Positions 14,040 through 28,025 of a stretch of 64,000 nucleotides of DNA are shown here, piece by piece (positions within the stretch are counted from its first letter, which is position 1; the number at the start of each line of letters is the position of its first letter). The translations under genes were made by a program, and so were the position numbers. The stretch spans positions 28,024,001-28,088,000 of the forward strand of contig NC_043002.1 in the NCBI RefSeq assembly GCF_006345805.1, in the 5' to 3' direction. Source of the stretch: Octopus sinensis (taxonomy: Eukaryota). Below the pieces are notes generated by a model. It saw nothing but the letters and a program-made list of their open reading frames with translations, had not been told where the DNA came from and ran no database searches.

Positions 14040-14260
14040 GGCGCCCAGCTGGCAGAATCGTTAGCGCGCCGGGCGAAATATTTAACGGTATTTCGTTTAT
14101 CTTTGCGTTCAGAGTTCAAAGTCCACCGATCTCGACTTTGCCTCTCTTCCTTTCCGGTCCGATAAATTAAGTACTAATTGTGAACTGGGGCCGATCTAAT
14201 CGACTGCCCCGCCATCCCAAATATTTCAGGCCGTGTGCCTATAGTAGAAAGGATTATTTC
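14040..14260 (+). mobile_element. tRNA-derived SINE (family 2)
   Basis: ggcgcccagctggcagaatcgttagcgcgccgggcgaaat...gagttcaaagtcc...gataaattaagtac. Confidence 0.8.
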
Positions 14261-14480
14261 TAATACAATATTGTGATAATTGTCACTATATTTGTATCAA
14301 TCTAAGTGAACTACCACCATCGTTTGCTACAATTCTATTTCGTCAAACCACGTAATATGTATGGCGAAAAATAACACATATTGCGTCCACATTTAAATGT
14401 TTGAATTTATGTTGTTTTATGTAAGGATGTCAAAATCTTTTAGGATAGAATAAATGATGTCAAATTTGAATATGTTGCAG

Positions 14481-14571
14481 CGGTCGACGAGTGTGTGATT
14501 TCCTTGAAAAAAATTTGTCCTAAAGCGGAACAAAAGTATCCTATACACAAACGAGATGCGTTTTACTGCGA
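14481..14571 (+). CDS. Exon A1 of six-Cys tandem-module gene (VDECVISLKKICPKAEQKYPIHKRDAFYC)
   Basis: gttgcag acceptor, gt donor, 91 nt, phase 1->2, C-x7-C-x16-C with YP motif; joins in frame to B1. Confidence 0.8.
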
Positions 14572-15214
14572 GTATATATATCTTCTTATCAATCTTAAAA
14601 TTTATTATTTTACATGGAATGTTTATATGTTTATAGATCTAATTACACGGTGGTACAAACTACTGATAATTACTGCTAGTTATTACGTTATTTGCTTGGA
14701 ATAAACGAGTTTCAGTACGAAACAGTAATTAACCGGTGTTAACATCATCGATCTAAACATGGCGGTTATGGACAACGGTATGTAGGGAATCAACATTTAG
14801 CCGATAAATAACTTTATGGCTAATTCCAAATATAAGCACCAATCCACGAATGTGCACTTAGGACAGTGGTTATTGAATAATTCACGCCAATCTTTAGAAA
14901 TATAACTTTAGAAAACCTAGAGTGATATTAGTCTTTATATCATACTTAAAGCAGACAGATGCATCATATACTGCAGTATTCATTTCGTGATAACATCTCT
15001 TATAGACGTACAGTATTAAAATAAAACACATAAATTCATCAGTCGTAGGTGGAAATTTTCAGAACTTGTGGTGGAATTGTTATATATGTTTCTCGGTCAC
15101 TCGGGATTTTGTCAATTCACTGGCAATCGCATGTTGAACCCGAATCAGCCGTTATTGGTGTCATCACGAAAAAATAACTATTCAGAATGTTGTTATTCAT
15201 AAGTACAGTAATGA

Positions 15215-15545
15215 CCTCATTCAGTCATGAATGGCTATGTGATTGCAACTAGATTGCACTTCCAAGGCACAAGTCCAAGCAAGGTTGTTCATGGAAGACC
15301 GGCAGTTGCCCATACATACCAGCCTCCCATCTCCACGCCACCGATGTTATCCTAGGGAAAGACAAAGGCCGATACAGCTTGGCATCAGTGACGCCACAGA
15401 TTATTTCTACAGCTGAATGAACTGGAGCAATGTGAAAAAAAAGTGCCTTGCTCAAGAATACAATACACAGCCGGGTCCGGGAATCGAACTCATTACCCCA
15501 TGACTGTGAGTCCCACATTCTAACCACTGAGCTATACGTCTTCAT
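15215..15545 (-). mobile_element. tRNA-derived SINE (family 3)
   Basis: - strand tagctcagtggttaga...gagttcgattcccgg...cttgagcaaggcact; related copy at 62580-62850. Confidence 0.75.
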
Positions 15546-15939
15546 TATTCATGTGTATACATTTATGATGGAATGAACATTTTCTGCATCTTTTCTCTAA
15601 TGTTTCACAAAAAGTTGACATAAATTTCCTAGCGAAATGTGCTAGTATTGGTAAAACAATAATCCTCATTGCCAGCGGTTCGATATCAATTTGTAAATTA
15701 TAATTCGTCACATGATTAAAAAATTATTTTGCCTATCCCAGAAATAACAAAAAACAATTCACACCCAATGACAGTTTAGTTTCAGAATGTGAACAAGACG
15801 ACTAGATACTTGAAGCTGATATACAGTTTACGAACTGTTGCGAAGTTTAAATGTAGTACATGTTTAATAGAAAATATTGCCAAGTATATCTAAAGTTTTC
15901 ATTTTTCTGAAATTAATTTATTTTACCTTTATATGTCAG

Positions 15940-16028
15940 TCGTTTGCGTGTATATGAAATATGTGCTTATACGGAGGGCCACTCCTGCAAACTGCACTTC
16001 AATGAACTCATTCATGCAATATGTGAAG
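15940..16028 (+). CDS. Exon B1 (RLRVYEICAYTEGHSCKLHFNELIHAICE)
   Basis: cag acceptor, G|gtacg donor, 89 nt, phase 2->1. Confidence 0.8.
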
Positions 16029-17731
16029 GTACGAGTTTTTCTTTAGTATTTTTTTCTTTTTCTGAATGGTTGAAATAGTGCCGCTTTTAAAATCAACGTG
16101 TAGTTCTTCTCTGAACCTGGTGAGATCTCTTTTGTACTGTTGCAGATTGATGACATTCAAAAGTTTCACTATTGAATAATATGACGGTAATGACAATGAT
16201 GATGAAATGACAGGCAGGACTGGATGGGATTCGAGTGACAAGTTCAAAGTTAGCTTTTTGATCCTGCTTATGCACATACAAGCTTGGAAATTGTTGTTAC
16301 CAGTAATGGTGGTAGTGGTAGTGGTTATACTGATATTGTGCTGTTTCTGTGTGCAGTCTGGTGTCTGGGCTGAAGCAACAGCTTTCTCAATAGACAGAAT
16401 TATTTAAATGTCTCTCTTTCTATATAATTCCTCATAGAAACATGTTTTTGTCTAGAACCATGTACATCTCGTATCCTAGAACTATGATCATAAGATTTCT
16501 AATTCTGATTGCCCCGTTGCTATTTGTTTATTAAAGATTATATAGTAATCCTTCTCAGTTTGAAGATATTATATTTAGGTACGTTGGTGAGTTAGCTGCT
16601 AGTACTAGACATCTGAAGAATCAGTTAAAGCCACGTTTATTTACTATAGCGGTGTGTATAAATCAATATATGCCCCGCCCTTTCAACCAAGATAAAATTA
16701 CTTGTAAAACTGCATAGAGTATGTCACGTGTCATTACAAATAAGATCAGGTAGTTATGTGCATGTGTCACTGAAGACGGATTGAAGTTTATGAGTAGTCA
16801 TATGTGATGTACGATGAGTGACGAAACTGGGATATCGTTTTAGTATGAGACTCTGTCCATGCTTTCTCAAGTAATCCTCTCTACTTTTTGCACGAGGACT
16901 GAAATTTGAAAGGAGGATCTACATAATTTCATCGACCTCAGGACTTAACTCCTCAAAGATAAAAGTCAAAGTCGGCGGCGGTGGAATTTGAACTCAGACC
17001 GTAAAGACATGAAATGCCGCAAAGCATTTTGCTAACTATTTTAGCCACTTGATAAGTAATTGAAACCTACAATTTATAAATTGGTTGGTACGGTGCACCT
17101 TTGTCGTATTCTTATCTAAAAACTAAACATGAAATACGTTTTTTGCTATTGACTGTTAGGTTTTGAGAACAAGTCAATATGGTTTGCCATTGAGTGATTC
17201 ATATTTGGAAGATCACGAACTGTTAGGAATGTTGTTAATGGTTTAGAGAGTATAGGTTTAGAGTCGGTAGAGTAGATTTCGGATGTCAATTATAATAAAA
17301 GGTGTCATAGCTTTCGGTTCATCATATCTATGCCATTAATAAATTTAACTAATTAGCAGCTTCAGTGTCTAACAGAAATCTCACTATACCTAATATTAGC
17401 AACATTATGACACCTGTAGAAAATGAAAGCTAAACACTTAGATAAAGGTACCATAATCCAAAAGCGTAAGGCGTACGCTATCCTCTTAGACCCCCAATTT
17501 TATTAATATTTCTCTGTAGCATTGTAAACCTATAGAGAAATTGTAAAATTTATAAAAAGACAATCGTTGAAAATTAAAATAAGACACATTAAATCTAAAA
17601 GTATTATTATAATAATCAATAATTTTCAACTACGTAAGACAAAATTTAACCTAGAATATGGTCTGTATTTGAATAATTATCAACATTACTTTTATCTAAT
17701 TTTAAAATTACAATACCCCTATCCATTGTAG

Positions 17732-17831
17732 CTCATGAAGAACAACGTGACTGCCTGGAAATATATAGAACAACCTGCTTCAATGCCTTTAGCGATTATC
17801 CTGAATTGAATCCAGATACAAGCTACTGCAA
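17732..17831 (+). CDS. Exon A2 (HEEQRDCLEIYRTTCFNAFSDYPELNPDTSYC)
   Basis: tag acceptor, gtacat donor, 100 nt, phase 1->2. Confidence 0.82.
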
Positions 17832-18149
17832 GTACATATATTTACTTACTACTATCTCCTGCATTATTATATTTATTTGACATTTCAATGGTCAAGTGTG
17901 TTTTGCAAGAATGTGGTTCCAGGTTCTGTCTCACTGTGCAGCAATTTTGACGATTACCTCTGATATAGACTCTCGCATCCGACGACTTGTGGCTGGAAAA
18001 ATTTGATTGACGGAAATCTTGCGTAAAATGTCGTATGTATGTATATATGTACGTGTGAGTGTGTGCGTGTGTTTGTGTGTGTATGTGTGCGCGCGAATGT
18101 GTACCTGTGTGCGTAATTGGAGATTCTAGTAGCTTACTGTCTCTTTGAT

Positions 18150-18660
18150 GTCAAGTTTATTTTCACCAGTGAACGCCAAGATTGCCAGTGTGCCTACAGT
18201 AATCTGACGCAGGATAAGACGATTTCTCTCCAGTCTCATGGCTTTGTAAACTTGCATGAAGTCATGACGACGTATCCTGAGATTTTTCTTCAGCACTCGA
18301 TACATTTATGTTCTATTTATTTTTGCTTTGGCAACCAGTTTTCTGACGGAATGACGAAAATTTCGCCGTATCTTTTCTCTGGCCTATTGATACACTTCTC
18401 TTTGAGCCCCACCCAGGTCGAGCACTCTTTTGAAATTTCTTGACAATTTTCGCTTAATTTCTAGCTTTTTTGCTATAACTATATTATCAGGTCATCCCAT
18501 AAGTTCTGTCCGAATTTTGAATAAAGAAAACAAGTCATCAAATGTTATATTTAATTGAAATTTAATCATCTATGTAATTTCCGTGATTATCTATGACTTA
18601 ATTCCATCTATTTACAAGCTTTTTAATCCCATCAATGTAAAACTCTTTTGGTTTCAAAGC
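18150..18660 (-). mobile_element. Mariner transposase remnant and mariner-type end fragment
   Basis: Degenerate transposase-like sequence on - strand ~18200-18440; tatcaggtcatcccataagttctgtccg TIR-like end at ~18485. Confidence 0.45.
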
Positions 18661-18749
18661 TTTTATAATGATGTGTAAGTTTCATATCTTATCACATTTA
18701 TTTATAGTTATTAAACACCGAAACTTCGGTTCCCTCAAATTCGAGACAC

Positions 18750-18852
<103 letters not shown>

Positions 18853-18877
18853 ATATATATATATATATTTATATTAT

Positions 18878-19584
18878 ATAATTAGGGCTTAGTAAAACAA
18901 TTATTTTGCCACATACTGAAATTATTAGAAATAGCAGCGAAAAATTTTTTTAGCTATTTCCACTACTTTAAGAAAAAGTCTCCCAGATAGTGTTTACTCA
19001 AAAATTAACTCACGAAGATATGGAGGGAAAACAGTAAAATATCACTTGTACAAAGATTATTTGAGAACGCTCACGTTTCTAGATCAGCCGAAATAAAACT
19101 CAGCATTTCTTTCGTCAGCTCAACATTTCTTAGTTTGGATTTGAAAGTACTAAAAAAATGAACATACCCGTCCGATAATGAATCACCTCAGACAAACATC
19201 TTCAAACTGCCAGTACTAGCAAATTCAAAAAGTACAAGTGAAGATTCATGTTCTTCCCGCTTCCACCCACATGAGTTATCTAGTAAACATACTATAACGG
19301 TGAGAACCGCAGTAAAAGAGCAGGGAGAAAGGAATTATATTATCAATAATTAAGGGTAAAATCAATTAGTTATTAATTAATTTCACCAATTAAAGTAGTG
19401 GAAATAGCTAAAAAACGTTTTGGCTGCTATTTCTAATAATTTCAGTATGTGGCAAAGTAATTTGTTTTACTAAGCCCTAAATTATATAACGTAATATTTT
19501 GAATACGCCTTAAATGGTCCTTTTACATACTGAACACTACTTGGTGAAATTAATTAATAACTAATTGATTTTACCCTTAATTAT

Positions 19585-19590
<6 letters not shown>
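18878..19590. repeat. Nested inverted repeats upstream of Penelope fragment
   Basis: 18878-18970 inverts 19390-19487; 19341-19389 inverts 19541-19589. Confidence 0.75.
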
Positions 19591-19673
<83 letters not shown>

Positions 19674-19674
19674 A

Positions 19675-20680
19675 TTTACGATGGAATATAGCTATCAACA
19701 ACTTCCATTCCTCAACATTCTCATTAAGAAATCTAACAACGTAATAGAAACAGACATATACTATATGCTCAGGGACTCCACGCAATATCTATCGTTAAAC
19801 TCATGCCACCCCAGACACACTACAATGAATATCCCCTTCAACCTAGCAAAAAAGATTTGTACCATAGTTTCTAATACAAGTACCAGGGACATACGACTAC
19901 ATGAACTAAAGGATACACTCATTACCAGGAACTACCCACCATCACTAATTGATATAGGCTTTCAACGTGCCCTATAATTCAACATCCCGAACTCAGGCAT
20001 CCCAAATTAAAGAAGGATATGCAACCAAAAGTCTTATTATACATCTTCACACACAACCCTCTTAACAATGAAACCTTCCACACCATCCTCCTGAACATTC
20101 CCCAACTAAAAAAAGGAACACAACATGAATTTAATACTCCAAACGCACACCATCATAAAGAGCAAAACACAACTCAAATCTATGAAAAGTCTCCTAACAC
20201 AAGTCCAAGTATGCTCGACAACAATACTGAAGCTGTCAGTAAAAAGTGCGGAAGACCTGACTGTGGTATAAGCGTCTACCAAATTGAGGGGTCGGAGTTC
20301 TCTTTCAAACAGGGGCAACGTTTTACAGTGAAAAACATCTTCACATGTTCTTCGGAGAACCTAATATATATATTAACTTGCACCGGGTATCGAGAGCAAT
20401 ACATAAGCCAAACCAAAAACAGTCCACGTCAAAGATGGCTCTACATAGATCCCAGATTGAAATTCGGGAATATCGAAAAAATAGTATTCAGGCAAAACAT
20501 CGACATTTGCGCCACAAACAAACAATCCAGCTTCAGAATATTTGTCTTCTATAAATTCAGGGACGATGGAACCTATAACCAGCTCATTAGCAAAGAGTTA
20601 TATTTTATCACAAAATATAAACTCGTTTTGAATGCGTCCACCACAAATGACACTATTACAAGGGCCTTAGAATAATAACC
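19675..20680 (+). mobile_element. Penelope-like element remnant (RT thumb + GIY-YIG endonuclease)
   Basis: LPFLNILI..TDIYY..QYLSLNSCHPRH..NIPFNLA; FTCSSENLIYILTC..C..QYISQT; KELYFITKY. Confidence 0.85.
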
Positions 20681-20978
20681 ACACAAATATTAAAAACTAT
20701 ATATATTAAGAATAGTCACTACAGATGAATTTATTCAGAACAATTCCAATCACTACTATTACAACCACAACAGGTCACTTTTAGACAGACAGAAAAATGG
20801 AAAATGTCCCTTGCATTGAAAAATGATGGAAATATTTTTTTAAATCATTTTATTTAATTTTTCCACAATTTAATTGTTTTTCATGCTTTATTCTAAGTTG
20901 AAAAAGTCGCAAAGACTGAAACAGGTACTAAAATGTTCTTCATGATAAAATTACTTTTGCATTTTCTACCTTCTATAT

Positions 20979-21029
<51 letters not shown>

Positions 21030-21040
21030 TATATATATAT

Positions 21041-21190
21041 AATTTATATATAGAGGGCATTATTACACATACATGCCACACGCTAAGAGGGACATTAGTC
21101 ATTTCTACCCAGAAATGTTTTGGTAGAAATGACTAATGTCCCTCTTAGCGTGTGGCATGTATGTGTAATAATGCCCTCTATATATAAATT
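21041..21190. repeat. Perfect hairpin, 69-bp arms, 12-bp loop
   Basis: 21041-21109 is the exact reverse complement of 21122-21190. Confidence 0.9.
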
Positions 21191-21327
21191 AATATGTTCA
21201 ATAAGAAAGAATTATTTTCGAAATTTTCTCTTATGAGGATTTTCACGCTATCTACCTGATAATTTCTTGTTAAGATTCCTTATTAAGAAGCTATCCTTAA
21301 TTGTTATATATATATATATATATATAT

Positions 21328-22071
21328 ATGTTACATTTACTCAATAGTCAAGATAAAACTCTGAGTTTCAGATGCCGAAGTGGAAATCCACAACACCATC
21401 TCTTCGGTTATCTGGCCATCTGAAAAACGCTATGAAAAAATACCGTTATATAAAGGGAAATTACTGTGTTATAATTCTACTCACGAACCCACGTGCGTAC
21501 TTATACGTCACTATGAAAACGTACACATCTTCACTCGCATTTTTCGCCAAATATATACGCATATATATAAAAACTCATACACACACACATGCGTACCGTA
21601 AAAGTTCATACATACGTCTATATACGCACATGCACAAGAAAAACCATGGTTAAAGGTAACAGAAAAAAACATAAGGAAGTATACAAAGCATAAAAACCAT
21701 ATACGGACATGCCCCTATGCACTCATACACACACACGCCCATATATGTACATACCCGCACATATTTATATACGCATACATACACACGCATATACAAAAAA
21801 ATGAATATACATATGTCCCCCCCCCCCAAAAAAAAAATGGAAAAATACTAAGTAAGAACGTCTATATGTATATGTGCATTCTTATACCCGCACACACGCA
21901 CACATCTAAAACCGCGAGCAGAATTATAACACAGTAATTTCCCTTTATATAACGGTATTTTTTCATAGTGTTTTTCAGATGGCCAGATAACCGAAGAGAT
22001 GGTGTTGTGGATTTCCACTTCGGCATCTGAAACTCAGAGTTTTATCTTGACTATTGAGTAAATGTAACATA
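21328..22071. mobile_element. Foldback element with ~150-bp inverted arms carrying a hammerhead-like motif
   Basis: 21328-21482 inverts 21916-22071; gataa-CCGAAGA-gatg..catc-GAAA-ctcagag-TT-ttatc at 21986-22046. Confidence 0.6.
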
Positions 22072-22147
22072 TTATTTTATAGATAAATTTCCTCTATTTA
22101 CATAATATTGAGGTATTTTTCTTTCTTTTGTTATCTTACCGTTTTTA

Positions 22148-22276
<129 letters not shown>

Positions 22277-22846
22277 CATATATATATATATATACATACA
22301 TACATACATATATACATACATGTGTGTGTGTGTCCTTGTATGTTTTTTCTGGTAGACAAATTGTGTATGTTTGTTTACATCTCCCTAACCTAGTGATCTA
22401 TCAAATGACATTGATAGTATAAGTAACATGCTTAGACTAATTGCTGGGTTCGATTCGATCAATTATAGCAAATCAAGATACAATTTTATGATACCCATGA
22501 CTGAAACAAATAAAAGAATAAAGGAGTAAAAATTATAACGATATCGAATAGTTAATTAGTAATAATTCTTACATTGGTACAAGACAAGAAATCATTGGTT
22601 TAAGTGCAATAAGTTTCTAGAATACTGTATTTGAATGGTACAAATTATATCGACATAAGCTGCATATAAACAAAATACAGATTTTAATATACATTTAGCA
22701 GATTAGCAAACATAAAACTGATCTCTACTATACAAACAGGTAAATTTAGAAAATCATTAAGCCGAAACATCCCCATATTAATTCATTAATTTCATCTTTT
22801 TTTTTTAACTTTTGAGATAATGTTGTTGTCTATCTTCATCTTCCAG

Positions 22847-22938
22847 ACGCCTCATCGCATTTCGAAAGTGTGCTGAAAACGATAAAAATAATCACTGCTT
22901 GATTTATTTCGACTCAGTCACTAAAGTCCGATGTGGCG
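22847..22938 (+). CDS. Exon B2 (RLIAFRKCAENDKNNHCLIYFDSVTKVRCG)
   Basis: Pyrimidine tract + ccag, G|gtaag donor, 92 nt, phase 2->1. Confidence 0.85.
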
Positions 22939-23598
22939 GTAAGATTTGAGTTATTTTTCATGAATATAACGCAATCATTAAACTATTAAATCAAACTATG
23001 TAACATGATTAATATGATTATCAGTAGTCTTGCCTAGTACGACATAACAAACTGGAAACATCACGAATACAATATAAATATACTCAGCATAGCTTATGAA
23101 ATCCTTTTCCAAGATAATGTACCCTATTACCCGCAAAACAAAAGTCTGTAATCATAAGATAAACCATCTAGATTGTCTCTTCACTACATTTCTGCATGGC
23201 ACCGTTGTACAATAATGAGTTGTTAAAACAAATATGTTATGTAAATACAAATATATTACTCGCAACCCGAAGGTATTATATCAAAATTGAAATATTTATA
23301 ATGACAAACGCAACAGGAAAAGCAGGAAAATGGTCAGTAATGTGATAGTTATTTTTGCTTAAATCTTGCTGAAGTACCCACATTGTTTGGTATACATAAC
23401 ATTGATAATATGTCGTAAAGAAATTACCTTTGTCATCGTCAAACCGCATAAGATAGATTACAAATGAAATGTATTAAAATCAGAGTTAAATGACTTAACT
23501 TATATTGTATCATATAATTTTTTCTCAATACGTTAATGATATTATGATGTAAAGAGATAAAATATCAAAATGTGTTGTAAAATCAAAATGTGTTGCAG

Positions 23599-23689
23599 TG
23601 CAAACTACTTGCATACAAGAAATGCAAACAAAATGCCCGTCAGTTGAAGTACAATATCCGATTACTCACCCAGATTTCAATTACTGCAA
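23599..23689 (+). CDS. Exon A3 (QTTCIQEMQTKCPSVEVQYPITHPDFNYC)
   Basis: gttgcag acceptor, gtacat donor, 91 nt, phase 1->2. Confidence 0.82.
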
Positions 23690-24446
23690 GTACATATATT
23701 TCTTACTACTCTTACTATTCTTACATCTAATATTTACATGTTGATATAATTCTCACATCGATACTAATATTGACATGGTTGCTTGGAGTGTGTTACTTTC
23801 AATACGAAACAGTTAATTACAAATACTGACTACGTTGAACTGAAAAACAATATCGGCAACAAAATAAATACAATAACTTTCGGCAGATTAATAAATATAT
23901 AGGTAATATATAGGTCATATCATGTATGGGCACATTTAGATAAATGCGAACTTAGGACAATGGTTCATGTAAGATCCATGTCAGTCTTTAACAATATGCT
24001 ACAGTAATGTCGATTGTCTTGGAAAACACGCTATTTAGAATTGTGTTATTCAGAAGAAAAGTATAATAGATAAATATTTAGTTGTATCTTTTATTCTAAT
24101 ACTTCATATTTAAAAATAATTTTGTAAGGATTTTCCATCTGAAATGTGCTAGTATTTATTTTTTATTTTGTCTTCAAGGCTAAAGTTTAGAAATCAGTTT
24201 GTAAAATATGATTCTTCATTTGATGAGTAATCATTTTACCTATCTACGAAATATATAAATTACACAGAATGACAATTTGATTTCCGTATGCAAATATAAA
24301 TATAGCTATATAATTAAAGCTTTTACAGATTATACTCCTCAGTTGTATTTAACTTCGGAGTATCAAAAATCGCTAATATTGCCAAATATAATAAAAACAC
24401 CTTTTTTTCTAAGATAAAAATTCTCAGATTTATTCTCATTTTCCAG

Positions 24447-24535
24447 ACGCCTAAACATGTATAGAACTTGTTCTTCCGACATCAGTCAGAGTTGCGAGGA
24501 TTTCTTCCGACAAAGTGTTCTTGATAAGTGTCCTA
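24447..24535 (+). CDS. Exon B3 (RLNMYRTCSSDISQSCEDFFRQSVLDKCP)
   Basis: ttttccag acceptor, A|gtaag donor, 89 nt, phase 2->1. Confidence 0.85.
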
Positions 24536-25033
24536 GTAAGATTTGTTTAATTAATTAACGCTTATTGGTATAAACGGTATACTGACTACCAAAATTCGAA
24601 ACATAATACACTAGTCAAGTTCAGTTACAATACAGACATCATAATGATATCTTGCACTTCTTATCTATTTGAAATAACATCTCACCAAAACAGTTTCCAT
24701 GTAAGCCAACTTTTATAAATAACATACTTATTTCCACGACAGACTACATATTACATTACTACATATAACAGATAACTTAGAAGGATTATTATAATAATTA
24801 TGTTTTTCTTTCAAATCTAGTTGCAGTACCTCTGTCAAGTGCCGCTCACAAAATCACTAGCTTTCATATAGAAAGAATACTCATAATCATTGATCCACGC
24901 AATATAGATTACAACTGCTAAGCTTACTAAGATATGAATTAAGTTATTTAACTTATGCTGTATCATGTAACGTTTATTCCATGTATCATATCAGATACAA
25001 ACGAAGAATATACCAAATTTGAATATGTTGCAG

Positions 25034-25124
25034 AAATCGATAAGTGTATAGAAGAGACCAAAGGAATTTGCCCCGACGCGGAGAAACTATATCCCACGAC
25101 GCCTAAAGATCCGAATTTATGCAA
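25034..25124 (+). CDS. Exon A4, orphan (IDKCIEETKGICPDAEKLYPTTPKDPNLC)
   Basis: gttgcag acceptor, gttcgt donor, 91 nt, phase 1->2; no intact B partner found before the next A exon. Confidence 0.75.
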
Positions 25125-26009
25125 GTTCGTGTTTTCTTACTACTCTTACAATTATTGCTATATCATCTAATATTTACATGCTAATATATTCAAATATATA
25201 TCGGAACATTCAAATATCTTAGAATGATTTTTCTTACATCGGCACAAACATAGAAATGCTTACTTGAAGTATATTAGATTAAATAGGAAGCAGAAATATG
25301 ATGGAACTAACTGCATCAATTGTAAGAATGATGCATATCGACGACAATATATTTTGAGCCAACTTTTGGGAGATCAGTAAGTACGTAGGTAATTCCTAAT
25401 ATAGACACAAATCGACAAATATGCAGTTAGACTAATGGTTCTTGAAAGATGCACGATGGCTTGGATTTTCTAGTATAATGGAAATTTTAGAAAACCGAAA
25501 GTAAGGTTTAATTGAGATCTAAAAACAGAGGACAAACGGAAAATTTGCGCGAAAAAAGTATCAATTAAAACTTGAAACGTACAGGCCAATAGAAATGTTT
25601 AAAAAAAATTAAAATTACTGGAGCTGAAATTGATTTTAGCTTCATTTAAATGTAAATAAATTAAACGAATACTCTTTCTTTAAATTCGGGCTCTTCCTGT
25701 AAGGAACATATCATATACATAGGATTAGTGGAGAGAACCGAAGCACTCGAATATGAAGAGATTTTGTTCTAATATGCATATTTTTGTTAAAAGTATATTG
25801 TATTTTTGAAACATTTTTTGTTCGATTGATATTGGAATGCAAATATAAAATCGACATATTTTATCTCATAATTTTAAAATTATATCTGTTTAATGCTCTA
25901 TTCCATTGATTTATCAAATCGCAGTATATTTTTACAACTTTATGAATTTTTCTCGCCATTTGTTATTTTCGTAGATTATTTGTAACAGATGTAAAGATCA
26001 TATTATATA

Positions 26010-26517
26010 TCTATATATATAAAACTGTAGTTGTGTGAGTGTCTGTCCCCTTCGATTTAGATTCCTCACTACTCCCACATTTTGCGGTGCAGTTTAACCA
26101 AATTCAGGTATCTTATAGTCGTGATTCATATCGAGCCCGTCTGGCTATTAGCGCGCGTCTACGATGAGTCTACGATTTTAAAAATAATTTAACATAATTT
26201 TTTATTCCATTTTAATGCATATTTTTTTGTGTGTCGATGGCGGCGGAGTTGGCGTCCACGCTCGCACCTGCGTTGCTTCTCCCCCTTCTTCTCTCCCTAG
26301 TGAAGCTGTGGGGAAGGGAGTGTAAGGAAATCAACGTCGTAAAGCGTTGTGAAGGTGACCAGCGTTCTTTTAGAACAACGACTTCATGTCTTGAAGACAC
26401 CAAAACAGAAATGGCTAAGAAAGCCCGAATTGGCATCTATAAGGGAAGTAACTCTCTAAAAATGCTTATATAGTTATTTCCCTTACAAACCCGAGCAACG
26501 CCGGGCGATACTGCTAG
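26010..26517 (+). mobile_element. Non-autonomous Helitron-like element
   Basis: A|TCTATATATATAAAACTG ... CCCGAGCAACGCCGGG hairpin, ends CTAG|T; no TSD. Confidence 0.75.
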
Positions 26518-27379
26518 TTTCGTATAAATAAAAACATATTTGTATGAAAATTTGGGTACCAGTGCTTCTTAGATATAAATTAATAGTGTTCTCATATTTT
26601 CTCAGTAAGGTCATCTTGTTTTCAAGATTTATGTTGATGCCCTCATAGACTATGATATTTTCAACGCGAAAAGTAGAACAAATATCAGCCACCAAAGATT
26701 GCATTTGGAGGGCTCCAGGTATCTAAATGCCTGACATATATTCATATAAAAATTACGACTTCAAATTTCTGTATATTTAAATGTTTTATGTATTGTCACC
26801 AGCAATATACTTCAAAGCAGTTATTATTTCACAAAATTTGACGTACAATTATCAGGGTAGTGTAGGGCAAATTTTCAGCTTTACCATTTCACCCCCGGCC
26901 CAATAGGGATCAACAGTGTCTTCGAAAAGTTAATACTTATCATCAACAAAACATACCTACAATATACCCCCCATCCGATATTTCTAATAGCTTCCAATTC
27001 CTGTGTATGTGTTTTGGCTTTACTGTGAAATTACTTTACTTTTCCTCTTTTTTCTATTGATAGGATGTGGTCAGTTATTCTGACCAGTTGCACGTATGTG
27101 TGTGTGTGTGTTGTTTTGTCTGAGTGAGTGTATGTGTGTGTGCATGTTGTTTTTGTTTTTTGGAAATAATGCGGTGGGTATGTATATGTATGTGTGTTTT
27201 TCATTTGGGGGAAATGCTGTGTGTGTATTATCGTGTTGTGTGTTTTGTGTGAGTGTGTGTGTGGCAGATCCTTATTTGTTGATTGATGGTGAGTGTTTAG
27301 ACATTTGGTTGTGAATTTAAATTTGTTAAAAGATTTGGTGTGTGTGTTTGTTTTTGCAGTGTGAGTGTATACTTTTAGT

Positions 27380-27467
<88 letters not shown>

Positions 27468-27500
27468 GTATATGTATATATATGTATATCTCTCTCTCTG

Positions 27501-27562
<62 letters not shown>

Positions 27563-27869
27563 ATATATATTTACTGGCGTGTGTACGTGTGTATGTATTT
27601 TTAAATGTTTTGGTAGTGTATGTGTGTGCATATGTATGTGGGTTTTTTGTATTTTTGGAAACGTTCTGGAATTTCAGTTGCGTGGGTGTATCTTGTGCTT
27701 TTAGTTTTATGGGGATGTTTTGTGTGTGTGTGTTATTATATGTGTGTGTTATTGTGGCGTGTGTTTGATATAATAGGAATGTTTTGGTATGTGTTTTATA
27801 ATGCTGTACGTGTGTGTTATTGTGACGTGTGTGACATGTTCTTAATTCCTGATTAACGGTGGGTGTTTC

Positions 27870-28025
27870 GATATTTGTAGCTTATATCTATTGAGGAATT
27901 GGTTTTCTTTGCATATTCTCTGTTGTTGGGTGAAAGAATCCGCGCATTTTTAGAGGGGGAGAATTTTAAAATTGGGCAAAGTCATCCCCACACAGTTTGC
28001 AATGTGACTTCTTAGGGGAATCTTC
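27870..28025 (-). mobile_element. Penelope-like GIY-YIG C-terminal remnant
   Basis: - strand translation SHIANC...PNFKILPL.KC....QQRICKENQFLNRY parallels the end of the 19675-20680 element. Confidence 0.55.

Noticed and set aside
14445-14480. In-frame N-terminal extension DRINDVKFEYVA of A1 (and TNEEYTKFEYVA of A4)
   Set aside because: The homologous stretch before A3 has no phase-compatible upstream acceptor; gttgcag gives the uniform 91-nt phase-1 exon, so treated as intron end (alternative acceptor for A4 not excluded)
17828-17833. GC-AG donors (gcaagt) at the ends of A exons
   Set aside because: They would remove the third Cys codon and break frame; not present in A5/A7, where the downstream GT is conserved
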